Of a DNA stretch of 64,000 nt, positions 13,703-26,823 are shown one piece after another (positions within the stretch are counted from its first letter, which is position 1; each line of letters opens with the position of its first letter). The stretch is from Paraspadella gotoi (lineage: Eukaryota > Animalia > Chaetognatha). A program made the translations under genes and the position numbers. Under the pieces are notes generated by a model. That model did not search any database. It saw nothing but the letters and a program-made list of their open reading frames with translations, and was not told where the DNA came from. The stretch spans positions 15,974,532 to 16,038,531 of the forward strand of contig CM119263.1 in assembly GCA_051294375.1 (NCBI GenBank), written 5' to 3'.

Positions 13703-14351
13703 ATTCATGAAACAAGAACGGTGGGATTACAATGATGTTGCGCCGCAGTGACTTTATTTTTACGTTGTATTTCCCTTGATGATCTCATGATGAGAAATGA
13801 CATAAAGTGAGTAATAAACTTTCTTTGAATGCCCTTGTATAAATTGGTACGACAATATGAAAATATGCATTCATTTGATAAATAGCTATCTTTATCTTAA
13901 GGGCCCTCTATCACTATTACAAGATAATGTTATGCATCCCTGCAGCTTTCAATCAAGACTCACTCAAGTCTCAGTTTATTTTTTACCTCCAGAAGTACTT
14001 GCTTCCCGCTATAATAATGTTGGAAAATATTTCAAGAATGTTTCAATTGGTATGAAAATATCATACTGTAATTTGATAACATGCACTGCATCGAGTTTTT
14101 ATTCCTTATAGTTTTAGGATTTCTGAAGGCCGATCGCTAGCAGTCCATAGATTTGATGGTTTTTTTCTGTATTAACAAATGAGTATCAACTAATAAGGGC
14201 GAATTATTGCATTTTAAGCGGTAAGTGGGACATGGAACGGACAGACATGCGACCGACAGACAGACAAATGACCGACCGGACCGACAGACGACCGAAAAGT
14301 ACTTTAGAGGTTGCTCGGCACGAATACTCCGCGGCGCACTCTAAAAAAAAA
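13703..14351 (-). mobile_element. Helentron-associated non-autonomous element (HINE / DINE-1-like), copy in A
   Basis: The minus strand starts with a T-run and an agttgc..gcaact hairpin (noisy in this copy), then a (GTCG/GTCT)n microsatellite. The partner subterminal repeat gcggcgcaac lies near the 3' end (gttgcgccgc at 13737-13746 on +). Confidence 0.7.
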
Positions 14352-15220
14352 GTTTGTTGGGCGAGCGACTATGAGCATCGCGGATCGAAGGAGGGGAAAG
14401 AGAGAGGAGAGGATTTATTCCTGGGAGGCGAAGACGAATTGATAATTAGGCGAATCGTTTGTTTTATTTTTTTGTTTTTTGTTTTGACTGAGAATAGGCT
14501 TAATCCTCGGAAAGGAAGCCAATTGGTTTCTTACGTCGGGAAAGATAATAAAATATATTTTTAATTTCTTTCCTTCAGTGTTCGTGATTTTCACATTTCA
14601 TAACACTGCATGGCATTTTCTCCTCTATTTCCATCGGTAAGCATTGCCTTCATGCAAAATTTTAGCCATGACAGTCTCCTATGCAAGGCGCTTGGGAATG
14701 ATAACGGTAAACACTAAACTAAATCCCAAATCAGTTTAAAAAAAATCGACTCATTGCACCAAAGCTCCTCGAAAACAAAGGATCTGAGTACCCACACATC
14801 GCTTGTTTTCTGCCATTCTATGCCGGTAATAAGTATTATTATTATTATTATTATTCTTATTATTATTATTATTATTATTAATTATTTATTATTTATTATT
14901 TTTATTATTATGTATTAACCGTTTAGGATACTTTTTTTATAGATTTGAATAGAGCGGCCTGTAACACAGGGCTTCTCTCTTCCAGCGAAAGATAAATGAT
15001 TCGAGGAAAACCGTGATTCCGTCGCCGCGAATTCAACGCCGGATTCTTGATACACGGCGCGATCGGTGAAAGAAGAGGCGCTAATTAGAGGGGGAGGTTA
15101 AGAGGGCGCTGTTTGTTTGCGTGCGTGCGACTGTTTTTATGTTTATGTTTGGGAGAGGGGAATATTTTTTTTCACTACTGATGTTAAAAAAAATTTAAGA
15201 AAGAAAGAAACGAAGAGAAA

Positions 15221-15268
<48 letters not shown>

Positions 15269-15544
15269 AAAGAAAGAAAGAAAGAAGAAAGAAGAAAGAA
15301 AGAGAAAGAAAGAAAAAAGAAAGAAAAAAAGAAGAGAAGAAAGAAAGAAAGAAAAAAATTAGAAAGAACAGAAAGTAAAAAATAGAGAAAGAACAGATTA
15401 AAACGAAAAATAGAGTGAAAACTTCAGAGTCGTCGACGTATTTTATTGCGACGCCCTTTTCTTTGTCTATTCAGGCAGGCTAAAAATAACACGGGAATGA
15501 TAGAGGACAGATCGAGATTAGACGGGGGGACGTCCGGGGACGGG

Positions 15545-17327
15545 TTAAGGTATGAACGCCCTGGTGGGTTTAGGGGGTGAACCCTTTTGCTCTGCAGATG
15601 GTGTCTGTACTTGTAGATTTTTGCCTCCCAAGCCACCCTTTGGCCTTTGCTTCTCCTTTAAACCTCAACGAAAAAGGGAAGGCAGGAACTCCCGGCTAAA
15701 AGCTCGACGGCCGATCGGAAGTGGGAATGGAAATGGAGAAATGGAAAGAAAATTGGTCGGGCGCTTCATTGTGTTAACTGGAAATGGAGAATGGAAAGAA
15801 ATTGACCAGGCGTTTCATTTTGTTAAATGGAATGGAGAATGGAAAGAAAATTGGTCGGGTGGCCTTCATTTTGTTAATGGAAATGGAGAATGGAAAGAAA
15901 ATTGGTCGGGGCGCTTCATTGGTGTTAATAATTGAAATTGTGTTAAACAAGAATTGGCCGGGCCTTCGTTGAGGAACTGGAAATGGCAATGGAAGTAAAT
16001 TGGTCCGGGTACTTCATTGTAGAGAATTCTCATGGCGAACGGCTTTGATTCCACGGGAGTGAAAAATGCGAAGAACAAAGAAATTTAAAAGTTAAGATGG
16101 AAAAAGTGAAACGTGAGGAACAAAGGGAAGATTAAGAGTGGAAATAAAAGAATGAAAGTGCTAAGAAAAAATGGTCGGCTTAAGGTACGATAGAGCAAAT
16201 AAAAAAGGAACGCGAGCAATCAGGGTAACGGAACAAAACAGGATACAAACGATCTTTTTTTATGATTCTTTAGTTCCTCTCGTTCTTCTTTATTCTTTTT
16301 TATTCAATGCGTTTCCTTTTTTTTTCTATTTAACTTCCCTTTTTTCAAAACGGAAATCCACGCGCGAAAGCCAATGTGCGATCAAAAAAAAAAAACCGAA
16401 AAGAAAAAGAGCAAAGAGGTGAATAACAAAAATGAAGAGAGGAAAAGCTTTGACACGCCGCGCAGCGTGAAATAAAAAATCAAAAAACTAGATTTGTTTC
16501 TTACTTCATTTTCACGCGCAAATAATTTCAAAGCTATTTCCGTTGGGGAGTTTTCCTCTTCTGGAGTTGCAATCAAAATATAATAAAGACTTCTTTCTCT
16601 CATCTCATACCTCTCTCTCTCTCTTTCATCCTAAGTGGTCTTCTCTCCTCTCTCCCTTCACATAATCGCTCCATATTTCTCTCTGTTGACACTTGGATGT
16701 TACTATTTCTGAGACATCAACGTGAAATCCCCCATCGCGCTCAATTTAAGCATCGAACTGAGCCGAAATTTCGAACGATTTATCGAGTTTCAACAAACGC
16801 TACGTCGATACGCTATATTTCGACGCAAGTACGCGACGCTACGCTCGGGTTTTCGTTGCTGTCACATTGCGAATCTTACCTAATCGACCTGAATTTCGCG
16901 TCTTCGACTCGGCAGTTGCCAAAAGGAAACTCGCAATGCGAAAATCGGAGCGTGGAGAAGCGAACTAAAGCGGAAATGATGAAGCGAGAAGGCGAAGAGC
17001 GTGACTTAAAAAAAAAAGCGGAAATCGGTGGCATAAGAAACGGATTCTTGACGAGAACGAAACTGATATTCTCCAATCTCGGTCGACCGTGACAAATCCT
17101 CTTTTTCTTTTCTTTTTTTCTTACTTTTGTTTTTGTTTTTTTTTTTTAAAAAAAATCCGCGCCGACCGAAGGCAAGGCGAATGTGGAGGGAATTTATAGC
17201 GGAATCGGCTGCGGTTTGCTTCTTTGCGTCGGCAGGAATTTCGCCGTAAATCAAGAGGTTTCCCGTTCGATCCTCGTTTTTTCTCGACAAAACTACCATT
17301 TCGCATCTAAGCGTCATTGCCGGAATT
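15545..17327 (-). CDS. Copy (in A) of the candidate FxF-motif / 17-aa-repeat gene, frameshifted by indel noise
   Basis: Mirror image of 17976-19758 and homologous to the better-preserved copy at 37030-38816. Confidence 0.35.
15720..16020. repeat. ~51-bp tandem repeat, about 6 units (mirror copy at 19283-19583)
   Basis: Unit aaatggaaatggagaatggaaagaaaattggtcgggcgc(c)ttcattgtgtt. Confidence 0.92.
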
Positions 17328-17975
17328 CTAATGTGAAAAAATGAAAATAACATCCGTCAGACGTNNNNNNNNNNNNNNNNNNNNNNNNNAAGGACACACG
17401 AACTTTGGATTGACAGATGGACGTAAGTAGAAGGGAACGAAGGATCGCAAGGGAAGCGACGAAAAAGGTTCAAATCTTTCTCAGAGAAAAGGTGGGTGAC
17501 GTTTGAGGTGAGGTTGTGGTCTTAAGTTGCGGATCTCTCGGGCGAAGGATGTGGAGAGAAGAAAAGAGATTTGGAATACGAGGCTGAGAAATCGAAGAAC
17601 AAAAAGAGAATAATGAGGGAATTGAAAGAAGGGACGAGTCCATTCCTTCATCAGTCCCTCGGTCCGTCAGTCCTTCATTCGCCTCACTTTTCTTTTGTTT
17701 CCCTAATTCTATCCTCTCTCTCACTTTATTCTATTTGGTTTCGTCTCACTCTCTATTCAGTCCTGTCTCTCCCTCTCTCGACGATATTTTTTGCAAAAAC
17801 CTCCATCGATAAAAGTGAAGTTGATTAAATCAGGAACGTGCTCCTTTCTCGTTATTTCAAGCGGGGAATAAAATTCTCTTCGTGCACACTTCTCTCTCTC
17901 TCGATCTCTCTCANNNNNNNNNNNNNNNNNNNNNNNNNACGTCTGACGGATGTTATTTTCATTTTTTCACATTAG

Positions 17976-19758
17976 AATTCCGGCAATGACGCTTAGATGC
18001 GAAATGGTAGTTTTGTCGAGAAAAAACGAGGATCGAACGGGAAACCTCTTGATTTACGGCGAAATTCCTGCCGACGCAAAGAAGCAAACCGCAGCCGATT
18101 CCGCTATAAATTCCCTCCACATTCGCCTTGCCTTCGGTCGGCGCGGATTTTTTTTAAAAAAAAAAAACAAAAACAAAAGTAAGAAAAAAAGAAAAGAAAA
18201 AGAGGATTTGTCACGGTCGACCGAGATTGGAGAATATCAGTTTCGTTCTCGTCAAGAATCCGTTTCTTATGCCACCGATTTCCGCTTTTTTTTTTAAGTC
18301 ACGCTCTTCGCCTTCTCGCTTCATCATTTCCGCTTTAGTTCGCTTCTCCACGCTCCGATTTTCGCATTGCGAGTTTCCTTTTGGCAACTGCCGAGTCGAA
18401 GACGCGAAATTCAGGTCGATTAGGTAAGATTCGCAATGTGACAGCAACGAAAACCCGAGCGTAGCGTCGCGTACTTGCGTCGAAATATAGCGTATCGACG
18501 TAGCGTTTGTTGAAACTCGATAAATCGTTCGAAATTTCGGCTCAGTTCGATGCTTAAATTGAGCGCGATGGGGGATTTCACGTTGATGTCTCAGAAATAG
18601 TAACATCCAAGTGTCAACAGAGAGAAATATGGAGCGATTATGTGAAGGGAGAGAGGAGAGAAGACCACTTAGGATGAAAGAGAGAGAGAGAGGTATGAGA
18701 TGAGAGAAAGAAGTCTTTATTATATTTTGATTGCAACTCCAGAAGAGGAAAACTCCCCAACGGAAATAGCTTTGAAATTATTTGCGCGTGAAAATGAAGT
18801 AAGAAACAAATCTAGTTTTTTGATTTTTTATTTCACGCTGCGCGGCGTGTCAAAGCTTTTCCTCTCTTCATTTTTGTTATTCACCTCTTTGCTCTTTTTC
18901 TTTTCGGTTTTTTTTTTTTGATCGCACATTGGCTTTCGCGCGTGGATTTCCGTTTTGAAAAAAGGGAAGTTAAATAGAAAAAAAAAGGAAACGCATTGAA
19001 TAAAAAAGAATAAAGAAGAACGAGAGGAACTAAAGAATCATAAAAAAAGATCGTTTGTATCCTGTTTTGTTCCGTTACCCTGATTGCTCGCGTTCCTTTT
19101 TTATTTGCTCTATCGTACCTTAAGCCGACCATTTTTTCTTAGCACTTTCATTCTTTTATTTCCACTCTTAATCTTCCCTTTGTTCCTCACGTTTCACTTT
19201 TTCCATCTTAACTTTTAAATTTCTTTGTTCTTCGCATTTTTCACTCCCGTGGAATCAAAGCCGTTCGCCATGAGAATTCTCTACAATGAAGTACCCGGAC
19301 CAATTTACTTCCATTGCCATTTCCAGTTCCTCAACGAAGGCCCGGCCAATTCTTGTTTAACACAATTTCAATTATTAACACCAATGAAGCGCCCCGACCA
19401 ATTTTCTTTCCATTCTCCATTTCCATTAACAAAATGAAGGCCACCCGACCAATTTTCTTTCCATTCTCCATTCCATTTAACAAAATGAAACGCCTGGTCA
19501 ATTTCTTTCCATTCTCCATTTCCAGTTAACACAATGAAGCGCCCGACCAATTTTCTTTCCATTTCTCCATTTCCATTCCCACTTCCGATCGGCCGTCGAG
19601 CTTTTAGCCGGGAGTTCCTGCCTTCCCTTTTTCGTTGAGGTTTAAAGGAGAAGCAAAGGCCAAAGGGTGGCTTGGGAGGCAAAAATCTACAAGTACAGAC
19701 ACCATCTGCAGAGCAAAAGGGTTCACCCCCTAAACCCACCAGGGCGTTCATACCTTAA
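17976..19758 (+). CDS. Copy (in B) of the candidate FxF-motif / 17-aa-repeat gene
   Basis: Acceptor ttttttcacattag| before 17976, donor |gtaaga after 18423, then the repeat exon ending ...SPPKPTRAFIP* (taa 19756-19758). Confidence 0.35.
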
Positions 19759-20034
19759 CCCGTCCCCGGACGTCCCCCCGTCTAATCTCGATCTGTCCTC
19801 TATCATTCCCGTGTTATTTTTAGCCTGCCTGAATAGACAAAGAAAAGGGCGTCGCAATAAAATACGTCGACGACTCTGAAGTTTTCACTCTATTTTTCGT
19901 TTTAATCTGTTCTTTCTCTATTTTTTACTTTCTGTTCTTTCTAATTTTTTTCTTTCTTTCTTTCTTCTCTTCTTTTTTTCTTTCTTTTTTCTTTCTTTCT
20001 CTTTCTTTCTTCTTTCTTCTTTCTTTCTTTCTTT

Positions 20035-20082
<48 letters not shown>

Positions 20083-20973
20083 TTTCTCTTCGTTTCTTTC
20101 TTTCTTAAATTTTTTTTAACATCAGTAGTGAAAAAAAATATTCCCCTCTCCCAAACATAAACATAAAAACAGTCGCACGCACGCAAACAAACAGCGCCCT
20201 CTTAACCTCCCCCTCTAATTAGCGCCTCTTCTTTCACCGATCGCGCCGTGTATCAAGAATCCGGCGTTGAATTCGCGGCGACGGAATCACGGTTTTCCTC
20301 GAATCATTTATCTTTCGCTGGAAGAGAGAAGCCCTGTGTTACAGGCCGCTCTATTCAAATCTATAAAAAAAGTATCCTAAACGGTTAATACATAAAATAA
20401 GGTAAATAATAATAAATAATATAATAATTAATAATAATAAAAATAATAATAATAAAATAATAATAATGAATAAATAATAATAATACTTATTACCGGCATA
20501 GAATGGCAGAAAACAGCGAATGTGTGGGTACTCAGATCCTTTATTTCTGAGGAGCTTTGGTGAATGAGTCGATTTTTTTTAAACTGATTTGGGTTTAGTT
20601 TAGTGTTTACCGGTTATCATTCCCAAGCGCCCTTGCATAGGAGACGGCTCATGGCTAAAATTTGCATGAAGGCAATGCTTACCGATGGAAATAGAGGAGA
20701 AAATGCCAGCAGTGTTAATAACCATGTGAAAATCCACGAACACTGAAGAAGAATTAAAAAATATATTTTATTATTTCTTTCCCGACTAAGAAACCAATTG
20801 GCTTCCTTTCCGAGGATTAAGCCTATTCCAGTCAAAACAACAAAAAAAAAACATAAAACAAATCGATCGCCTAATTATCAAATTCGTCTTCGCCTCCCAG
20901 GGAATAAATCCTCTCCTCTCTCTTTCCCCTCCTTCGATCCGCGATGCTCATTAGTCGCTCTGCCCTCAACAAA

Positions 20974-21625
20974 CTTTTTTTTTGAGTTGCGCGCGAGTAT
21001 TCGGCCGAGCAACTCTAAAGTACTTTTCGTCGTCTGTCGGTCGGTCGGTCATTTGTCTGTCTGTCGGTCGCACGCGTTCATGTCCCACTTACCGCTAAAA
21101 TGCAATAATTCGCCCTTATTAGTTGATACGTCATTTGTTAATGAACATAGAAAAAAACCACAAATCTATGGACTGCTTAGCGATCGGCCTTTCAGAAATC
21201 CTAAAACTATAAGAGGAATAAAAGACTTCGATGCAGTGCATGGTTATAAATACAGTGAGTGATATTTTCCATACACAATTGAAACATTCTTTGAAATATT
21301 TCCACATTATTATACGGGAAGCAAGTACTTTCTGGAGGTAAAATAAACTGGAGACTTGTAGTGAGTCTTGATTGAAAGCTTGCAGGGTTATGGACATAAC
21401 ATTACTTGTAATAGTGATAGAGGCCTTAAAGATTAAAGTATATGCTTATTTATCAAATGAATGGATAATATTTTCATATTGCGTACCAATTTATACAAGG
21501 GATTAAAGAAAGTTTATTTACTCACGTAATGTCATTTCTTATCATAGAATCAAGGGAAATACACGTAAAAATAAAGTCACTGCGGCGCAACATCATTGTA
21601 ATCCACACGTTCTGTTTCATGAATC
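20974..21625 (+). mobile_element. HINE / DINE-1-like element, copy in B
   Basis: ttttttgagttgcgcgcgagtattcggccgagcaactctaaag, then a gtcggtcggtc microsatellite, then ctgcggcgcaac at ~21560. Confidence 0.7.
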
Positions 21626-24600
21626 TTTCTTCTCCTGTATTTTCCTCCCATTTTCTTCTTAATTCCTTCTCTTCGTTTTCCTCCGTCACGAAATTATTAA
21701 TGAACTTTTTTTTTCTCGACGTTTAAATATTTTTAAAAGTTTCAATTTGGAGCCAATCGTACGTATTGCCGCTCCTTCCTGTCCGTCGGAATTTTCTCAT
21801 CATTTTAAAAAATATTATATTTTCCACGGAATCATTTGTTAATTCGAAGCGGATTTTAATATGTGCGATTTGGTGAGGAATCAAAGATGGGATTAATGCG
21901 GGGAAGAAAAAAACCGAGAGAATGATAGACTAAAGGAGATGAATTAGGAACGATGAGGCAAAGGAAAAAAATTAGGGAATCGGAGGAAGGATGAAAAGAA
22001 ATGAAGAAGGGAAAACATGGGCGACCAAGAGCCTAAAAAAGGACAAAGCAAAAAAAGCGCCCGAAAGTTGAACTTGAAGCGAAAACAAAAAACAAAACAA
22101 AAACCTAAAAAGGCAAAGAAAAGTAGGCCAAAGTGTGAAAAAAACTAAAAGAAAAGAAAACAAAAGGAAAAACAAAAAAAAAAGGACAAAGTATTAAAAG
22201 AGTAAATAACCTAGGAACAGACGACCGTTTGAAAATCCTTTTGTAGCGGGGCGGAAGGATAAATCGGAGGGTTCCAAACTAGACTTCGGGGCAAAGTGGG
22301 TACAAAGGAAGGGGGTTGGTGCCTTCGCGTCGCCCCAGTTTTATTAAAGCGAACACCCCAGAAAATACTGAAGGGGGGAAAAAAAAAGTAATCGGATTCA
22401 CGCGACATTTGGTCGGAATCGGGAACAATTGGACGCGAAAAGGGAAAAAAAAAACGAGTCATGTGGAAGTAGAGAAAAAAAAAGGAATGAGAAGGAAAAA
22501 AGAAATAGCGAGCGGCGGCAAGAGAAATAAATTTTGCGACTTTTATTCAAAAAAATAAGAGACAGAACGCACTTCTATTACAGTTGAGAGATAAAGTTTT
22601 TTAATTAACGATTATTTAGTGCTAGGATGCGAAACAAACGATTAAAGCTAAGAAACCGTAAAATTTAATTATTCCTGTAATTCTGATCTCGATTCCAATT
22701 CAAAATGCCCGTTAGGCTTAAAGGTTCTCTTCACCTAGTTAAGCCCGACACGAGAAGATGAGCATGAGAGAGAGAGGAGAGACAGAAAAACGTTCTCGCT
22801 TCTCAGCAAATCAACGTCTCTCTCTCCTTCCTCTCTCTTTCTCTCTCTATCTCCTCTCTCTCTCTCTACTCTTCTCTCTCTCTCTTACTCTCTCTCTCTT
22901 CTCACCCCTGCTGCCTCTTCTTTTGTTCTCGGCTTACTCTCTATCCGTGCACCTTGAAATCCGCCATTAGAGGAGGCGAGAATTATTTCTCTGGGGTCAA
23001 AGCACGACGATGCCTAAAGAGGCGCATCTTGATCGGAGAGCGTTCTGTGGCCCTTGACGTCCGGAAATAATGATGGCGGGCGTTGACGTTAACAAATAAA
23101 GCTTTTGGAAATGGCCGAGATATATGGTCGCTGGCTAGCGGCCTGAAACGCGAGGCGGATTCGATGCGGAAATTTCATATGAATTCACTATTGTAAACGT
23201 TTAGATTGCAAATCGCCCGACATGGACACAAAGAATCTCAATCTTTTTTTTTTTTCTTTTCAGCGAAATGTAGAGAACTCGAACGTTGATGCCCAAAAAA
23301 AAAAACAAATTAGCGATGGTTTAAAAAAGAAGTAAGCGACGAATAAAAAGCTAAAATGTTCGAAACGCGATTCTTGACGCGTTGACGGTTTGTGCCATTG
23401 AACGACGCCTACAGCAATCGCCCAACCAATTGCACGTCAGCAGCACAAAAGCAAAAAAAAAAAAAAAGAAAGAAAATGAAAAAAGTATAAAAACAAAGGC
23501 CAAAGATGCGACAGCTTTTTTTAACCGCTTTCGTATTCATAGAGCTATAAATAAAGTCGGAAAACGGCTGAACATACTTAACCGGTTTGTGACTGAACGG
23601 CAAATCACGTACTTTCCCACACCATTCGTTGCCGAGTTGAATTCCTTAGAAATAACAGAATTTCTCCAATAAATCACCGACCACAAGAACATCATCACAA
23701 TCAACCAAAGATGATTCCTAATCGCGCTCATTCGCTCCCGTCCCGAAAAACGAAAGAATAATGAAAGAAATAATGAGCCGACGATTAAATCCTCCTAAAA
23801 AACATTTGGAGAAAGTTAAACACAGGCCAGGCGGAACGCCCTCTACTCTTCCTCTCGCTGCTGCGCAATCTAGTCTAATAACAGATTTGCGCTCTAGTCC
23901 TTGGATTTAGACTCTTCCTTGCAATTTCATTCCTCTGTTTTGCTTTCCGCAGGAATTCCTGCTCTTCTCCATTCCCATTTTATCACGTGCGTTTGATTTA
24001 CAACATTCCAAGATATTGTCTTCATTTGCATGAATCATGCTGCCGTTGCCTCTCGCGTTCCGCCAGCACTCATGTCGCTCTGCTCCGCTTTCGCTTGATG
24101 AGAAGCGAATCGCGTTTGGCAACGAAGAACTCACTTTAGCTTTCATACGTTAGTCTTGGGAACGTCCGACACGAAGAAGAGGGACGACGAACAACGACGA
24201 CGACGACGGACGACCATGAAAAATTTTAAGTGAATATCGACAGGGAATTTTATCGAAAAAACAACGAAAGACGAAAGAAAAATGACGAGGCCAGAATGAT
24301 GTCAGATAAAAATAGACCGGAGAATGACACGAGAGAAAGAAAATTAGAAACAAACAAAGAAACAATAAATACAAAAAAAAAAGATGGGCACGTAATAAAG
24401 AATGTATGGAAAAGAAACTGAGAACAAAACGAAGAGTTTGGGTGAAGAAGAAGGATATGACGAAGATTCGACAACGTGAAATATTAAACAGCAGGAATTT
24501 TATGGTTGACCCGGCGAAAAAATCTCCGCAGGGTTAGCATCGATTTTGGCGCCCTTCCACTTTATGGACTGGTAGAGAGCGGAGGAGGAGAGAAGAAGAG

Positions 24601-25845
24601 AGAGAGAGAGAGAGAGAGCAGAGAGAGAGAGAGAGAGAGAAGAGAGAGAGAAGAGAGAGAAGAGGGAGAAGACCAACGAAAATGGTTCAAAAAACCGGAC
24701 AGTTCCAACCGAGCCGGTTGATTCTCGCTTCACGAACTGTCAACTTTTACCGATGAGCGACGAAAGAAAAGAGGGAGGGAGCACAAAACGCCAAGCCCCG
24801 CGTGACACTGCCGACGTCCTGCGCGCCCGGTGGTGCCAAAGAAAAACAAAAGACATTTTGGTCAGTTTTGACGAAAGTCGAGATCGAAACGACGAAAAAA
24901 AAGGAAAAAGGGAAAGAAAAGAGAAAGAAAAAAAAAAGCATAAAAGCCATCGTCGCATCGGAGTGACGTGCGTTTCCTGTCGTACCGTTTTAGTGGGAAG
25001 ACATCGTTCGTCTATGCTATGAGAGACGCACTACACATGACCGCGCTTCCGATGAACTCCTCAAATTCCTTCGAGCAAATAGACCAAAAAGAAAAATTTC
25101 CAGCGAGAGATAAACGCATGTTTCCCAAATTTGGTTTAGATTGACGGAAATGTCAAAAAAACATCTTCTTTTGCAGTAAAATGTGACAACCTCAATCGAC
25201 ACAAAGTTTAGCTATGGATAACGCACGCAATTATCTCTCGACTCTTTAAATCGAATGTAAGAACAAAGAGAAAAACCAAAAAAGGGAAAAAAGAACAGAA
25301 AAGAAAACAAAGCATGAAAAAAAATGAGGAGAAAAAAAATACAAACAAACCGGAAGTTTAGGCGAAGAAAAAGGGACTGAAAGAAAAACCCGACCGAGTA
25401 CGAAAGTAAAAAAGGGGAAATAAAAGGAAGAACCCAGCTGGGTATTTCAGACACCTGCTTTTTGTGAGTAGCCAGTAGCAACCGGAAATTTTCTCACGAC
25501 TCTAATCAATCTACCCTCCTTTTTTATTTTAATATTTTTTTAGTAAAAAATTGTGTTCCCCGATATTTTCAGACCACATTATATTTTCTTCTTTAGTTCC
25601 TTTATTTACTGGAAATTATTGTTCTATTCTCTTTAACGATTCTTTTACTCTTTCCTTCTCTTGTCACCTTCTCTCTCTCTCCCTCTTCTCTCTCTACTCT
25701 CTCTCTCTCTCTCTCTCCTCTCTCTACTCTCTCCTCATCTCTCTCTCTCTCTCTCTTCTCTCTCCTCTCTTTCTCTCTCTCTCTCTTCTCTCTCTCTCTT
25801 TCTCTCTCTCTCTCAAAAATATTTTTCGGAGAAAGACAATATTTT

Positions 25846-26798
25846 TGAGAGAAAAAGACGTAAAAATCGTAAAGAGAATAGACAAATAAATTTCCCAGTT
25901 AAATAAAGAACTAAAGAAGAAAATATATGTGGTCTGAAATATCGGGGAACAAACAATTTTTTACTAAAAAAAAATAAATAAAAAAAGGAGAGCGAAAGAT
26001 TGATTAGAGTCGTGAGAAAATTTCCGTTGCTATGGCTACTCACAAAAGCGCGTCTGAAAACCCAGCTGGGTTTTCCTTTTATTTTCCCCTTTTTACTTTC
26101 GATACTCGTCGGGTTTTTCTTTCGTTCCTTTTTTCTTCGCTAAACTTCCGGTTTCGTTTGTATTTTTTTTTCTCCCATTTTTTTTCATCTTTGTTTTCTT
26201 CTTCTTGTTTTTCCCTTTTTCGTTTTCTCTTTTGTTCTTCATTCGATTTAAAGAGTCGAGGATAATTGCGTCGTTGTTATCCATAGCTAACTTTGTCGAT
26301 GAGGTTGTCACATTTTACTCAAAAGAAGATGTTTTTTGACATTTCCGTCATCTTGAACCAAATTTGGACATGTTTATCTCTCGCTGGAATTTTTCTTTTT
26401 GGTCTATTGCTCGAAAGGAATTTGAGGAGTTCATCGGAAGCGCGGTCATGTGATGCGTCTTCATACATACGACCAACGATGTCTTCCCAACTAGCAACTA
26501 CGACAGGAAACACGCACAGATTTCACTCGATCGACGATGGCTTTCTTGCTTTTTTTTTTTCTTTTCTCTTTTCTTTTCCCTTTTTCCTTTTTTCGTCGTC
26601 GTCTCGACATCTCGTCAAAACTGACCAAATGTCTTTTGTTTTTCTTTGGCACCACCGGGCGGCAGTGTGCACCGGGCGGCCTTTGACGGTTTGGCTCCCT
26701 CCCTCTTTTCTTTCGTCGCTCATCGGTAAAGTTGACATTTAGTGGAAGCCGAGAAGTCACCGGCTCGTTGGAACTTCCGGTTTCTTGAACCATCGTTG
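25846..26798 (+). repeat. Copy C (forward, partial) equivalent to ~9625-10622
   Basis: Starts gagagaaaaagacgtaaaaatcgtaaagagaatagac and ends ttcttgaaccatcgttg at a 25-N gap. Confidence 0.95.
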
Positions 26799-26823
26799 NN
26801 NNNNNNNNNNNNNNNNNNNNNNN

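Larger units (their letters stand above)
9440..17364 (+). repeat. Copy A of the ~8 kb repeated locus
   Basis: Reverse complement of copy B along its whole length, and colinear with copies C and E. Confidence 0.97.
17939..25845 (-). repeat. Copy B (inverted) of the repeated locus; 17939-20395 appears identical to the reverse complement of 14908-17364
   Basis: Every ORF from 15117 to 17353 has an identical translation at mirrored coordinates (x + y = 35303). Beyond 20395 the arm differs from A by scattered indels. Confidence 0.97.

Noticed and set aside
15720-16020. Regularly spaced repeats (also 19283-19583 and 37210-37510) as a CRISPR array
   Set aside because: The units are head-to-tail with no unique spacers, there are no cas genes, and the context is eukaryotic.
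14908-20395. Long inverted arms as the terminal inverted repeats of a Foldback, Polinton or other transposon
   Set aside because: The arms extend ~8 kb and contain ordinary intron, exon and microsatellite sequence. The centre is gap-bounded sequence duplicated from 8959-9440, and no transposase or target duplication is seen.
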